DNA from: Trichoplax adhaerens
Taxonomy: Eukaryota > Animalia > Placozoa
Direction: 5' to 3'
NCBI RefSeq assembly: GCF_000150275.1
Contig: NW_002060969.1
Coordinates: 496,001-560,000 of the forward strand
Length of the DNA stretch: 64,000 nucleotides
How positions within the stretch are numbered: position 1 is the stretch's first letter; each line of letters starts with the position of its first letter. The translations under genes were made by a program, and so were the position numbers. Below the pieces are notes generated by a model, which worked only from the letters and a program-made list of their open reading frames with translations, ran no database searches and was not told the origin of the DNA. This document shows positions 51,862 to 64,000 of the stretch, in pieces.

Positions 51862-54800
51862 ATGAGTTTGACGAACCCGAGCGAAATCGTAACGTCAAGG
51901 TCTACTATATTCGTCCGCAACTTACCATACGATATCACCGAGACTCAATTTGAGCAACTATTTGATGATGTAGGACCTATAAGAAGTAGCTTCTTGGTTC
52001 GGGATAAAGGTTGTAGATCTAACTCTAGAAGGAAACTATGCAATGTAATCGTTGAGGAGTGCGAAATGTAATTTGGGTCAGCCTAGGTTGCATAAATACA
52101 TACAGCGTGTTATAGTGTTATGATTTCAGACTTACTTTACATTTAGTAATTTAATATGCTCGTAGACGCCAAATAAATTAATAATATCATCGCATCGATC
52201 CTTTACAGGTACAAAGGATGAATGTCGCGGGTTTGGTTATGTGACTTTTACCTTGCAGTAAGTCGTGCAAACTCAATTTTGCAGTAGCACAGTAAAAACG
52301 TACTGTATGTGTGCTGGTGTTATTATTAATACTGTACACTGTGCAGTACTATTCTAGTAAGTTCACTATTTTCGTACCTTGTAATTTCACTTCGTGTACT
52401 GTACAGTAGGCGAATACTCGTATTCAGTTATTCGAGTCTTGAATGGTTAAAAAGCAGCAACAGTGATGGGCTTATATAGATATTAATTGCTTTATGTAAT
52501 ACAAGTATATACAATCGCATATTGCACACTATTAGCAATTACACTAGCCTGTTCCACTTTAGCGCTTAGACTGAGTAGACTACACTAAAGGCCGTAAATA
52601 CATACTGTACATGTACTCGTATTTCGCTTACAAATCTAGGGAGGATGCAGAAAGAGCTACAACACTGAAAAAAAGTATTAGAGGACGTCATATTCAAATT
52701 TTACTAGCTCAGAGAAAGTTTGATACTAATACGAAGAGGAAACAAAATCACGATGAGATTGAAGGTACTTATACGCGCATACATATATGTTATATATACA
52801 TGTACACTATAACATTGATCTTGACTGACGGTAATTATATAATAATTATGTATATTATACATATATGTAGACATTACTTCGTTATACAATAATCGTATTT
52901 CCTTACATAGAAGTAAATAGCAGCCATCTCGAAGCACCAGTGATAAAGAAATCTAGATCCTATTCACAATTAGACAACGTACAGTTAGAAAATACAATAT
53001 CATCTATTGTATCACGTGCAAATTCTGGAAGAACAATTTTAATTCAAAATTTATCTCCGGATATTTCCAGGAAGCGGTTGTATAAACGGCTTAGGTTAGT
53101 TGAACTGATATACGAGTATCTATTACAGGAACATTCTATGCTATTTATATGTACTAGCTCAGGATATATTTTTGTACATACCCACTTTTAACACATTCTA
53201 GGAAGAAGGTCGACATAGAGGAATTGAAGTATCCCCTACCTGGTTGGTAATTAATGTAGCTAGGATGTAATTGATTTGAGTACCACATTCGATATGCTCC
53301 TTATACTGTATTACTACCTCAACGTACAAGTATATTTTAGCATACTGTTTGCAATGATCTTCATAGACTGTGAAGGTTGCGCCTTGGTTCTATGCTCTTC
53401 ACACAAGAAATGCAGAATTGCTGTAGTAAATCTAAATAACAGGACTTTTAAAGGTATCTAAAGTAAAATACTGTGCTTTTAGCAATTTTTGATAACTAGA
53501 TTAATAACGTAATTCATCGTATTTGGCATGAAAGGTTCGCAGCTCAATGTGCAAATTGTTTCCAAGATCGATAAGACACAGTCGAAGAAGTCTCTAAATA
53601 AAGCAAAGATCATTGTTCGAAATCTTTGCTTCAACGTTAGTGAGCCTGGATATCTTATAAAACGAAAGTTTTTGTTTAACTAATTCTGTTTTTTATAATA
53701 ACTATGTAATAGAACAGCCACCTTTATAGTCGATAAGTAACTACAGCTAATGATTGTCACACTATACACTAGTGTTAATATGTCAATACTATGCTTATAT
53801 AGTGCCGAGAAAGAGATTTGAAGGAAATATTTTCGCAATTTGGAAATGTGATCACTGTGAACATTCCACCTAAGGGAGGTTAGCAAAAGGCTACGTGTTT
53901 CATCACATCGAATTATATCTCAAGCTATATTTGCTTTGTATATATTAATGACTAATGCTACGCTACAAAAATGCTAGGATTTGCGTTTATCCAGTTCGAA
54001 AATGTCTTTCATGCGGCGAATGCTATAAAGGAACTCAATATGACGGAAGTGATGAGTAAGTCTTTAAATTTTTTATCATTTCTGTCAATAAGTTTCCAGG
54101 AATTACTTCGTGATGATAAGTTAGCCAAAGCGAACATATTGCCGTATTATGTACGAACTGTTTAAGTGTTTGTACCTTCAATAAAATGTTTCTTAGATCG
54201 TCGAATTTCTTTGGATTGGGCGTTACCAAAATCACTTTATTTGAAAAATACAGCTGAGAATAGTAAAGAACACGGTTAATCATTAATTAATTAATTTTGA
54301 ATTGCGTGATTTAGTATTTCGGCTTCTGTTTTGTTTCCTATGATAAACCTTGTATAACTACCTAATTCATTAGAGGGTGAAAAAGTAACATCTGACAACT
54401 GTGATTCTGATTTAACAGGTATTACGATAAAGTATAGGGTTGTTTTTTGTAGTCAGCGAATTACTTAGAATCTTGCATTGCTATGCTTTAAAATAGACAG
54501 TGACTGTGAAGCTGTCGCAAAAACTGATAGTGCAAATACAACGGAAAATGGTAATTACATTTATATTTTCTTAAAAGTACTGCAAGATACGGTATTTCTG
54601 ATATTTCGAGCTGTATTAAATGTTTTAGCGATAGGGGCATAAAACCACATCGCAATTCATATTATGTGATCGTAATGCCTGCATGTGTCTTAAAAGTTAA
54701 TAGATGAGATAACTTATAGTGTACATATTTTTTTAATATGCGAATATTTATTAACTATAAAACGATACTGAAGCTGAGGAAGAAACTAAACGCAACAGAC

Positions 54801-57130
54801 ATGAAATTAAGGAGGATGTCCAGGAAGGGAAAACGTTATTTATACGGTTAATAGAAATTTTTATACCAGTTCATAAGGCTAACCAATTGAGTTAAACAGA
54901 ACATTCAATTGACCCCTTTTATGGCTCGAATTCTGAGTTAGCAAGATTAATTGGTATCAATTGATACACTTTTAATTAAGAGATATTACTGTATATTCTT
55001 AGGAACCTTTCATTTGACTGTAAAGAAGACGAATTAAAGGAATTCTTCTCGAAATTTGGCAAGATTCGATATTGCAAGATTGTTATTGATCGGGCTAATG
55101 ATTATTCTCGAGGTAGCTAGGTTATTTATGTATAAAAATCACATAGAGTCTATGTAGTGAAGAATTATTTTAACTTCATCTGCGAGCAGCTGTATTTTTA
55201 ATGAGTCTAAAGCACTGATAGGATTCATTGATTACAGGTGTAGCATTTGTGAAATATGTTGAAAAAGGAAGTGCTGACAAATGCCTGGAAAGTTACAACA
55301 ACGTAAGAAATAACTTAAACAATATATATGATATCTTTTATTTATTCTCCGTTTTTACTTTGCTGTAGGGCGATTACGACTTTACTTTACATGACAGGAA
55401 ACTTATCATCTGCCGCGCCGTATCACGGACCGATGCTTGCAATTTGTATTAATGTTCTTGTTGACTAATTATATTTTATTGAACTTGTTATACCCATAGT
55501 AATATTTAGCATTTGATATACAATTCTACTTTCGTTGCGTAATCTAGTTCAGTAACAAAGCCATCCAAAGATCAAGATAAAAGAAATTTATATCTAGCTA
55601 GTGAAGGAGGTGATATTTTGCTATCAATCAGTCAATCATTTATTTTTTCAAGGACTTGAAACGCTACGCTGATATGTTTAGTTATCACAGCTGATAGCGC
55701 TGCTGCTGGAGGATTATCCAAATCAGATTTAAAGAAACGTGCCATGGTAAAACTGTATTTATCTTTTGCATATCTTGATAATCATACTTCTTCCTAACTC
55801 TATCTACTTCAAAGACGGAAATGAAGAACAAAGCCAAGTTAAAGAACCCTAACTATTTTGTATCGAAAACAAGGTAAATAAGTGTTTTAATCTTGATGGT
55901 GATAAAACTTGCTAATGCTGAAACTTTGCCAAAGGTTGTGTATTCGCAATATTCCAATTCAAGTTAGTGATGCTGATCTCAAGAAAGTAATCATATCTTC
56001 AGTAGATGAGAAGAGGCCTGTTAGAATAAAGAAAGTAAATATTTTTGAGAAATGTTTTCTCTTTTAACCTATTTGTGGTTAATTCATTGGGTATGGTATA
56101 TGTATTATCTGGATTTAGGTAACGATAATGCGTGATCGTAATCGGATTAACAGCCACGGAATCGCGAAATCTAGAGGTTTGTGGGAGTAGTCATACAGTA
56201 TAGTGTTTGATTATTCACAGTAATCAGAGTTTAAAAGTTTTTACCAGTGACCAAACTTTGCTTCTTTTCAATCTTAAGGTTTTGGTTTTATGGAACTTTT
56301 AAATCACGATGACGCACTGAAAATTTTACGAGCAATTAATAATAATCCTCATATTTTTGGATCTGAAAAGGTTTCCATCCACTTGCACGTTATAATTTTC
56401 CGGACATGGTTTCGCTTCGTTAATTTTATTGTAATTTTGGTGAATATTTACAGCGACTAATTGTAGGATTTGCAATAGAAAACCAAAGGGCACTTCAAAA
56501 GAAGAAATTAAGGCAGGAAAGGAGCAAGGTAAAACAGATACTAGTGTCTATCAGAACTATTGTAAAGGCACCATGCTTATATGATATTCATATTATTGCA
56601 TTGGGGATGTAGACAAAGCTGCAAGTGAGACAAAACCACCGCATACCGACAAATATTGAAACTGATAATTATGGCAACAATGAGAGAGTAAATCTGAGGA
56701 TATCAGCGAATAAAATCGAGAATCAGACAAAGTTAAAAACAAGGCCGAATTTCAAAGGCTTAAAAGATGAAAGTTCTTTTATCAACCAGGTCTTACCGTC
56801 AACATCTGATGTTAATGTTAATATTAACGACCGTCATAATATCGGTGGATCATTCTCGTCTGGAGCTAGTGCAGATGCCAGAGTATCTAAGTTTTCAAAC
56901 AAGAAGAGAACTTATGATCATTCTAGAAAGGTGAAGACGCACTAATATTTGCTTCTTATTGGTCTACATAATTTTATAATTATATTAGAAATTGCAAACG
57001 TTAGCAATTACTATATCGTAAAATATTTATTTCATAGACAATCAAGCACAATCTACTTCGCCGCAAAAGTAAAAGCAAAAAGGAAAAACCCTTAAATGAA
57101 CTAATTAGGAAACCTAAAGTGAAAATTTGA
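51862..57130 (+). CDS. RBM28: RNA-binding protein 28 / Nop4-like nucleolar protein with four RRMs, multi-exon
   Basis: RRM1 TIFVRNLPY...CRGFGYVTF; KAKIIVRNLCF; EDVQEGKTLFIRNLSF; DKRNLYLASEG; KLKNPNYFVSKTRLCIRNIP; SRGFGFMEL; ALKILRAINNNPHIFG. The last exon (57038-57130) is less certain. Confidence 0.92.
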
Positions 57131-57951
57131 ATTGGCTCGTAAATCGGATAAATTTACAAAATAGTTCAGTTCGTAGATTGTTGATTGTAGTGTCCGAATC
57201 GCTTGATATACTGTATTTGTGACAAAACTGATCATGTCATTGATATCCAGTTCAGTTACTCATATTTCGTTGTGGTTGAGTGTCATATCCTTAAATCACA
57301 AACTTGGGATAGCGTTTTGAGATTAAACAGAGATTTATTATTATTATTTGATTTGCTATAATATTTACAATCTTATTTCTCTATAATAATTAATATAAAC
57401 AAGCGCAACAGGATCTTATGATGCATTTTATAGTTTCTTCTACAGCTTTTCTACAGATGTCTTGCTTTTATCCACGATATAAAACTTTATATCACTATCA
57501 GAACATTATGAACAATTCACGTACGCGTATGAAAGTTAAAGTACTCCGGGCAATTTATCCCTATTCTAAGTACGTCATATCATACTGGTATTTACGATTA
57601 AGAAAATCTACAAATAATAGCAGCAATGGATGTAATAGGCGCACCAAACATGGCTCGAAGCTAATTAAAAAATAAATTATGTTACTGACATAGTAAGACT
57701 GCAATTGTATCCAATATGATCTCTATCCATTGAAATGATTACCCTATCGCTGGTTATGCTTTACGCTACTTTCTTTCTAGTCAAGAAACAGGAGGATACG
57801 AGAAAGTACGAAATGTTCAAATTAACACTGCTTTACACTACCATTAAACGTGAGAAAGGTTCGGTACAGTAATCCATTACTACGGAACTACAGCTGTACA
57901 GTACAGTGTACAATATTGAATGTTGATAAATTACAGTTCTGCACGAATCCG

Positions 57952-58120
57952 GATAATTTACCGCATTAAATTAATTTTATCCAGTATAGGATTGAATGCT
58001 GTAAAATATTCAATCCACCCTCGTAATATCAAAACAGATATTTTACTGCATTAGATTAATTTTACGGTGTATAGGATTGAATGTAGCGAAGTATTCAATT
58101 CATCCTCGTTATATCAAATC
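57952..58120. repeat. Two-unit tandem repeat, period 85 bp, each unit with an internal inverted repeat
   Basis: Unit 1 GATAATTTACCGCATTAAATTAATTTTA...GTATAGGATTGAATG...TATTCAATCCACCCTCGTAATATCAAA recurs with substitutions from 58037. Confidence 0.75.
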
Positions 58121-58143
58121 TATATTGATATTGTTTCCATCCT

Positions 58144-58697
58144 ATACTGTACAGTGTACAGTACAGTACTACTACACTGTACAGTACTGTACTGTACAGC
58201 GGTAAATTGTCCGCGTCGAATTGTCCTGGACTCGTTCTGCAAGTACAGTACTATACATTGTAATGTAAAGTAGTGTATTCAGTGGTCTGATAATATTTAC
58301 GATACGGTAGTAATAGGGACTTCATAAGACAAACAGTACTTTAATAGTAAAAGACTATTACTCGGCCATTACATGTCTGCAGTTAGATTACAGCTTAAAA
58401 AGTAATTATACTGTAGTCAAAGAACTCAATTCTCGAAAAAATTGACATTGCTTCTTTTTAAATAAAACCTAACCCACTCTGAACCCGAAAAAACCAACTG
58501 TGGTACATTACTCGTGGGCAGTACTGTAGCAGTTTTTCTACGGTATTGTACAGTACAGTACACTGACTCACTGATTGTACTGTACCGTACTGTACTGTAC
58601 AGTACACTAACTCACTGAGTGTACAGTACTGTACGGTACTGTACAGTACAGTATAGTAAAATACCTGCAAACATACAGTACAGTACAGTACTGTACC
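58144..58697. repeat. TACTG/CAGTA arrays upstream of ZFC3H1
   Basis: Blocks at ~58144-58198 and 58519-58697, 220-770 bp upstream of the ATG at 58918. Confidence 0.85.
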
Positions 58698-58917
58698 GTA
58701 ATCTTGATCTTTGAAATTATTGTAAAGATTACGATCCATGCACATTTTACTTATTGAACTTTATAAAAGTAAAGCATCATATTTAACGATTTTAAATAGT
58801 ACCAGAGTATTGCCAAGTGAATTTGTAAGAAGAAGAGTTTATCTATGCGACAATGCTTAATATCAATAGTTGTTAACTATCTGCTACTCAAGTATATAAC
58901 AATAATAAAATTAATTA

Positions 58918-61900
58918 ATGGAAGAGGAGATAGAAGAAGGTGAAATTATCGATGATTCACAGGACTTACCGATAAAGCAGCCTAACAGATCTCTTGAAGA
59001 GGCAAATCCAGTATGGCCAGTGCAAATGCCTCATTTAATCTCGAATTCACATCTTTCTATTGGCAAGAATTATAGCACAAGTAATACCGATCGACCAAGA
59101 ACCAGGCGTATAGTGGACTATGGACATGGAAGTTATCCTAGTTTTTGTAGGGAACCGAACACATCATTCCGACGATTCCAAGAACGTACTAGCTACGGAA
59201 TGCCATCAAGCGCTCCAAGGCCAAATCTTTTGCCGATGTCTCGTATCTTTCTATTATATTATTAATTTATAAGTAAGATTATTATACTGATATGGTCAGA
59301 TTCTGGTTCTTGAAGTTAGACAATGTCTAAAATATATTTTACGTAATAAATCGTTAATGGTAGTTCTACTAAGAAGTAAAAGTGAGCAGTTACTACAGTA
59401 CGCCAATTTAAGTATTATAGTGTGATGTAAGGCTTGCAAGCTGTAAACGTGCACATACTTTATTTCTAAGATCAGTAAATACAGTTGTCATCTAAGTACA
59501 TACATATATTGCACAATTACAATCTTCTGGTCTCTCGTAGTAAGTCATATATTTACTATTTATCCATCACGATATCAATAGGTAATTCTGAATTTTTCAT
59601 AGTCTATTAGCTAATTTATGTAGTGTACTTGTCAATTTAATGGTCCAGTTTGTAGCCTTAATATCGGTAATTTCGTTCAACACCAGCGAATTTAGTTCGT
59701 AGAACTAGAGTAGTAAATTTGGTACCCGATGGATCGACCAGGCCACGATTTAGCAAGAGCGGAATAAATCGAAGGAAGAAATCATTACAGAAGAAAAATT
59801 TCAGCCCACTAAATGAGCACGACACAGAGGATGTAACATTTGAAGAACTGTTGCTTAAGAAAGAATTATTGCAACAGCAACTACAGGCGGAAGTAAAAAA
59901 AGAAAGAGTTAAAACTGAAGAAACTAATTTTAAAAATAAAGCAAGATTACATGCATGTAACTACTAGTAAAATAAAATTAATACAAAAAATTATGACTTG
60001 TGTTACACACCTTTACATGTTGCGTTTAATAATATTTGAATTATATGTAACCTTTACAATTTATCATGCTTTTGTATTTGCTAAAATAATTATTCTAGCT
60101 TCAACCATTGAGAAAGCAAACCACCCTCTAATCACTGATATATCAGCCGGATCAAGCGTTAAAGATCAGTATATTTCAGATCAATCTGTTCGGTAGCCTG
60201 GCAATTGATATTACTAATTCGTAACGCAGTGTTTGAATGATTTGTTAAGTTTTCCTATTGTATGCGTCTATATTCTATTATAGACTCAATAATGGAAGTA
60301 AAGCGGGTGAAGAATCAGCGTCAATTCTCGAGCCCTCGGAGATATCGATGAAACATCCACAAAATAAGTAAGTTTACGCATATAAAGTAAAGTAAGGGTA
60401 TGTTACGAATATTTCATATACGGGCACCATACACAATTATACATTTACAATAGAATTGGTGATCTCAGATCCTTTTGGTTGTCATCGAAATATACAAATG
60501 ATAAATTAAGTAACTTATAATATTTCTTCTGCCTTCTACAGGTATAATATGAGAAGCACGTGCAAAACTCCAGAAAATATACAGCAACAAATAGTACAGT
60601 TGGATCAAGATCGATTAGATCAGAAGCAAAGGTACAAGGGTGCTGTAGCTGATCCCGTTTACAAGGGTGATACCTACAGAATCTCATCAGAGTGTGGTAG
60701 TAGGGATACAAATCTTAGAAATAAATTGAAAAATCTTAAGAAAAGGCAATTAACGAGAAAAATAGCAAGAGCGCAGCGAAAAAATAAGAATGGAAATAAA
60801 ATTCCTGGATCGCACTTAGTTCCTGTTGTAAGTAATATGTTCGTATGCAATATTACTTTTAGTTTGTTGATTGGTACTGACTGCTTGCCTGCATTCTTAA
60901 AAACTTATAGAAAATTAACCGAGATGTTGATCAAGACATATTTAAAGAGAAAGCTAGAATGATAAATTCTCCAACCATTGACAACTATGTCCAAGTTCCT
61001 ATGGATGTGGATTCGAACTCGGAGATCAGTGACGATATCTCACTTATTAAAAATAAATCTCATATCGGTTCAAAATTTCAAGATACGTTACTGATGGAGA
61101 AAGCGATTAACGATAGAAACAGTGGTACTGCTGAAAGTGATAGACCAGCTGATACCAAATTAGCAGATGGTAAATGTTGATGAATCTCAGCTAGTAGCTG
61201 GTCACGGTTATTTATGAATAGAATTACTTCGTAGTCACAATATGTTATTTTTATTTGGCGCTATAACTGTTATCTCTTTGATTTTAATACTGATTTGATA
61301 TTTTAATAAAGGAGAATCTATGACGTTTTTCTTAATAGATATCCAGGAAGATGATGAAGAGAGCATCGTTGCTTTAAGGAATGCAGTCTTAGAAACAATG
61401 AAAACTAAATCTTTGGTTGCGTCTGCTGTAATAACTTTTACTATCTGTGTTGAACGCTAGTACTAATGTTACAACTCTATTTGATTTACATACGCTCAAA
61501 GTCAAAAATTTATGAGTTTCATTTGCTTCGAAATTTATACAGAAAATTACTGAAAATACCAAATGCAACAGTAAAAGTGAATCTAGCGACAGTAGCAATA
61601 TAACTGCTATAGCGGTAAGCCTTTCTTTACTGTGGATTCGGTCACTATGAGGTAGTAACAAAGACTAAAAAGTCTATACTATGGATCGCGATTTCCTTAG
61701 TCAATAGTTAGATATATAAATTTATCGATGTTTTACAAAATGATTGAAGCTGAGTATACGAAGGTTTTATGTTTGTATAGCCAAAATCTCCATATCACCA
61801 GGAAACTGTTAATCCTATCATCATTCCTCTAATGGACAGTGATAGCGACAGTTATTCAGAATCAGAGGTTAAATCAACGAGCTTAGAAACTTCAGTTTCT

Positions 61901-64000
61901 AAGGATAGGAAGGCCTTTCAATTAAGCTTGGATGCCATGATTAAAAAGGCTAGAAATGCTACGGACGTGAGTATCAAGAATCAAAGTTGTAGAGCAAAAT
62001 TTACCTACCTTCATTTACAGTTTGAACGTTAATCTTAATCAATAGAACGCAGGTAGGCAATTCGTTCCGTACTTTCAGTATGTATTGTATTTCAGATAAT
62101 AAAAGATAAAGCAAGGGTGGAAAATTACGCTGATACTGAAGCTATTCATACGCCGGAGCAAATAAAAAATTTAAATCCAGAAAAACTTTCTGAATATTAC
62201 AAGTTAAAGGCGGAAATTGCTAGGCGAGAAATGGCGAAAAAACCGCTCTCGGAATATGGTCAATCTAAAAGTAATTTTAATCATAGGATTACCAAATACG
62301 TTTCAACCTGAATAGTATAACTTTTAAACTAATATTTTGAATGTTTTATTGTAGAGGGCTTGTTCGGTATTGAAACCAAAAGCAGTAATGATAAGTTGAA
62401 AATGATTGACAGATATAGGTGTATAAATTTTAACTTTTGCAAAGGATAATTTAATCAATTGATATTAGTATTTTACCATTAATGTATGGTCCACTCCATG
62501 AAGTTAATTGTCAATCGTCAATTAATTAATTATAGGAAAGATCGTCTTGCTTATCAGCGTTTAGAAACAAAAATCAAGCATGAGATTCAAAGATTGCAGA
62601 GCTCAGTGAAAATTAAAGAAGCAAAATCGAACAAGCTTATTGAAAAACAGACAGTAAGATCGCTATAGTATTTATATACTGCAAAAAGACTTTATTATAA
62701 CAATGCAGTAGCATACATAAGAGATTCTAAGCCTTGGACTATAACATTAGCAATTACAAGCGGCTATTAAGCAACATGAAAAGGAAATACTTGAAAAAAA
62801 TGTGAAGGTATACATTTATTGTTTGGTAATGTGAAATGCGATATTTTTGAATGACTACTTAATTCCTAATATGACGAATAAATATTTATAGTTAGAACGA
62901 ATTCAAAACTTTTCTATAAAATATATGGAATTGATTAAATCACTTGAATCAAAGCAACCTAAAGTAGCAGAAGATTTGAACAAGGGTAATAGTCGCGTAA
63001 CTGCTGGAGTGGAAGTTGGATCCAATAATAAAGCGGGTATTACCCCGCTAGCTAGTGAATACTGTAGTAGACTTACGAGTCTCTTAGACGAAGCAAATGA
63101 AATTGTCAATATACATTGGTTGCGCCAAATTGATGTAGAATTCTCATTCGTTCAGTTGAAGTTACCTATTTTTGAAATATTTGACCGACCTCTTGAGGTA
63201 ATAGCGAAGAATTTGATCACGTAATAAATAAATACTAAAATATCATTATTGTGTAATTGTATGTTTTGCTTGGTTTTTCACTTTTTCTCGATTAATTTTA
63301 GACATTAGTTGACATGTTAAATGTCGAAGAAATCGCAATCGCTGCACCTACTCGTATAGCATTTATCAAGAAAAGCCCGTATAGAAGCTCTCTAAAATGC
63401 TTTAGATCGTATAGATTTAGTCCTTATTTTCGTACTCAGAGCAAGTTATCTGTTATGTCGGAGTCTATTTCACACAAAATTGATCCGAGTCGAATCATCT
63501 GTCCCTTTGACCTTCAAGGTGTTTGCAACGATGACCAATGCAAATGGTAATCGTTCTTTACTCTTACTGTTATATAAAGGATTCGCTACGAAAGAATCAT
63601 TTGTTTTATCTTTTCAACTAGGCAACACCTTTCTACTTCTACTTTATCGGAACGAGAAATTTTAATGGATTTAGCTTCATATTGCTCATCTTTAACTAAA
63701 AATATTATGGAAGACACTATTACTACTACCGATAGCATTAGCAGATTCGTTTCTGATTGGTCACAAAAGTACAAAGTCCTAAATACAGAAGAAAAATGTT
63801 TACTTTTGATCAATCGAATTAATGAATCCAGGAGAAAGACATTATACCATATTTCTTTCCATGAACGTGCTTGGAATCCTATCAGCGGCTTTAGGGTGAT
63901 CCAAGGTTTTAACTTCTATTTTATAACAAAAGTTCTTTTTTTATGTGCCATGCAGTAGATTTGCGAATCATCTACTATCTATTTTCTGTATCAATTTAGT
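58918..64000 (+). CDS. ZFC3H1: Zinc finger C3H1-type protein (PAXT exosome adaptor), 5' part; runs off the window
   Basis: N-terminal EEGEI motif; TFEELL; DNYVQVPMDVDS; coiled coils; SPYRSSLKCFRSYRFSPYFRT...HKIDPSRIICPFDLQGVCNDDQCKWQH (zf-C3H1/Red1-like). Confidence 0.88.
59243..59686 (+). other. Probable U12-type (minor spliceosome) GT-AG intron, first intron of ZFC3H1
   Basis: Donor GTATCTTT (U12 consensus RTATCCTT), branch-like CCTTAAT at 59656-59662, CAG acceptor at 59684-59686 with a poor pyrimidine tract. Splicing joins the two ORFs in frame (phase 1). Confidence 0.65.

Noticed and set aside
57418-57675. 85-aa ORF downstream of RBM28
   Set aside because: No domain or splice support, and the length is within chance expectation.
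57952-58120. CRISPR-like repeat-spacer structure
   Set aside because: Only two units, the whole unit is duplicated with no unique spacers, no cas genes, and the context is eukaryotic.

Overview
AT-rich eukaryotic (animal) genomic DNA with compact genes and many short (~60-150 bp) GT-AG introns. The overall style suggests an early-branching metazoan, most likely a placozoan such as Trichoplax (inference, not proven). Genes in order: an orphan basic protein with a hidden second exon ending in an RVxF-like motif (+); an intronless coiled-coil + ribonuclease-inhibitor-type LRR protein (-); a five-exon TSG101-type UEV domain fused to a C-terminal RING finger (-), only partly visible in the ORF track; TBC1D15/17 (+); a secreted trypsin (-); a ~10 kb gene-free interval; PRPF40 (-); DENND5 (+); an intronless orphan (-); RBM28 (+); and the 5' part of ZFC3H1 (+), whose first intron looks U12-type. 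Non-coding structure includes two ~530 bp solo-LTR-like copies (one ending 14 bp upstream of the UEV-RING start codon), degraded foldback/MITE-like elements, several near-perfect hairpins, and arrays of TACTG/CAGTA pentamers concentrated at the 5' ends of genes. The most striking candidates for new biology are the UEV-RING fusion gene and the promoter-associated TACTG/CAGTA arrays. No tRNA, rRNA or CRISPR features were recognised. All splice models and alignments were read by eye.
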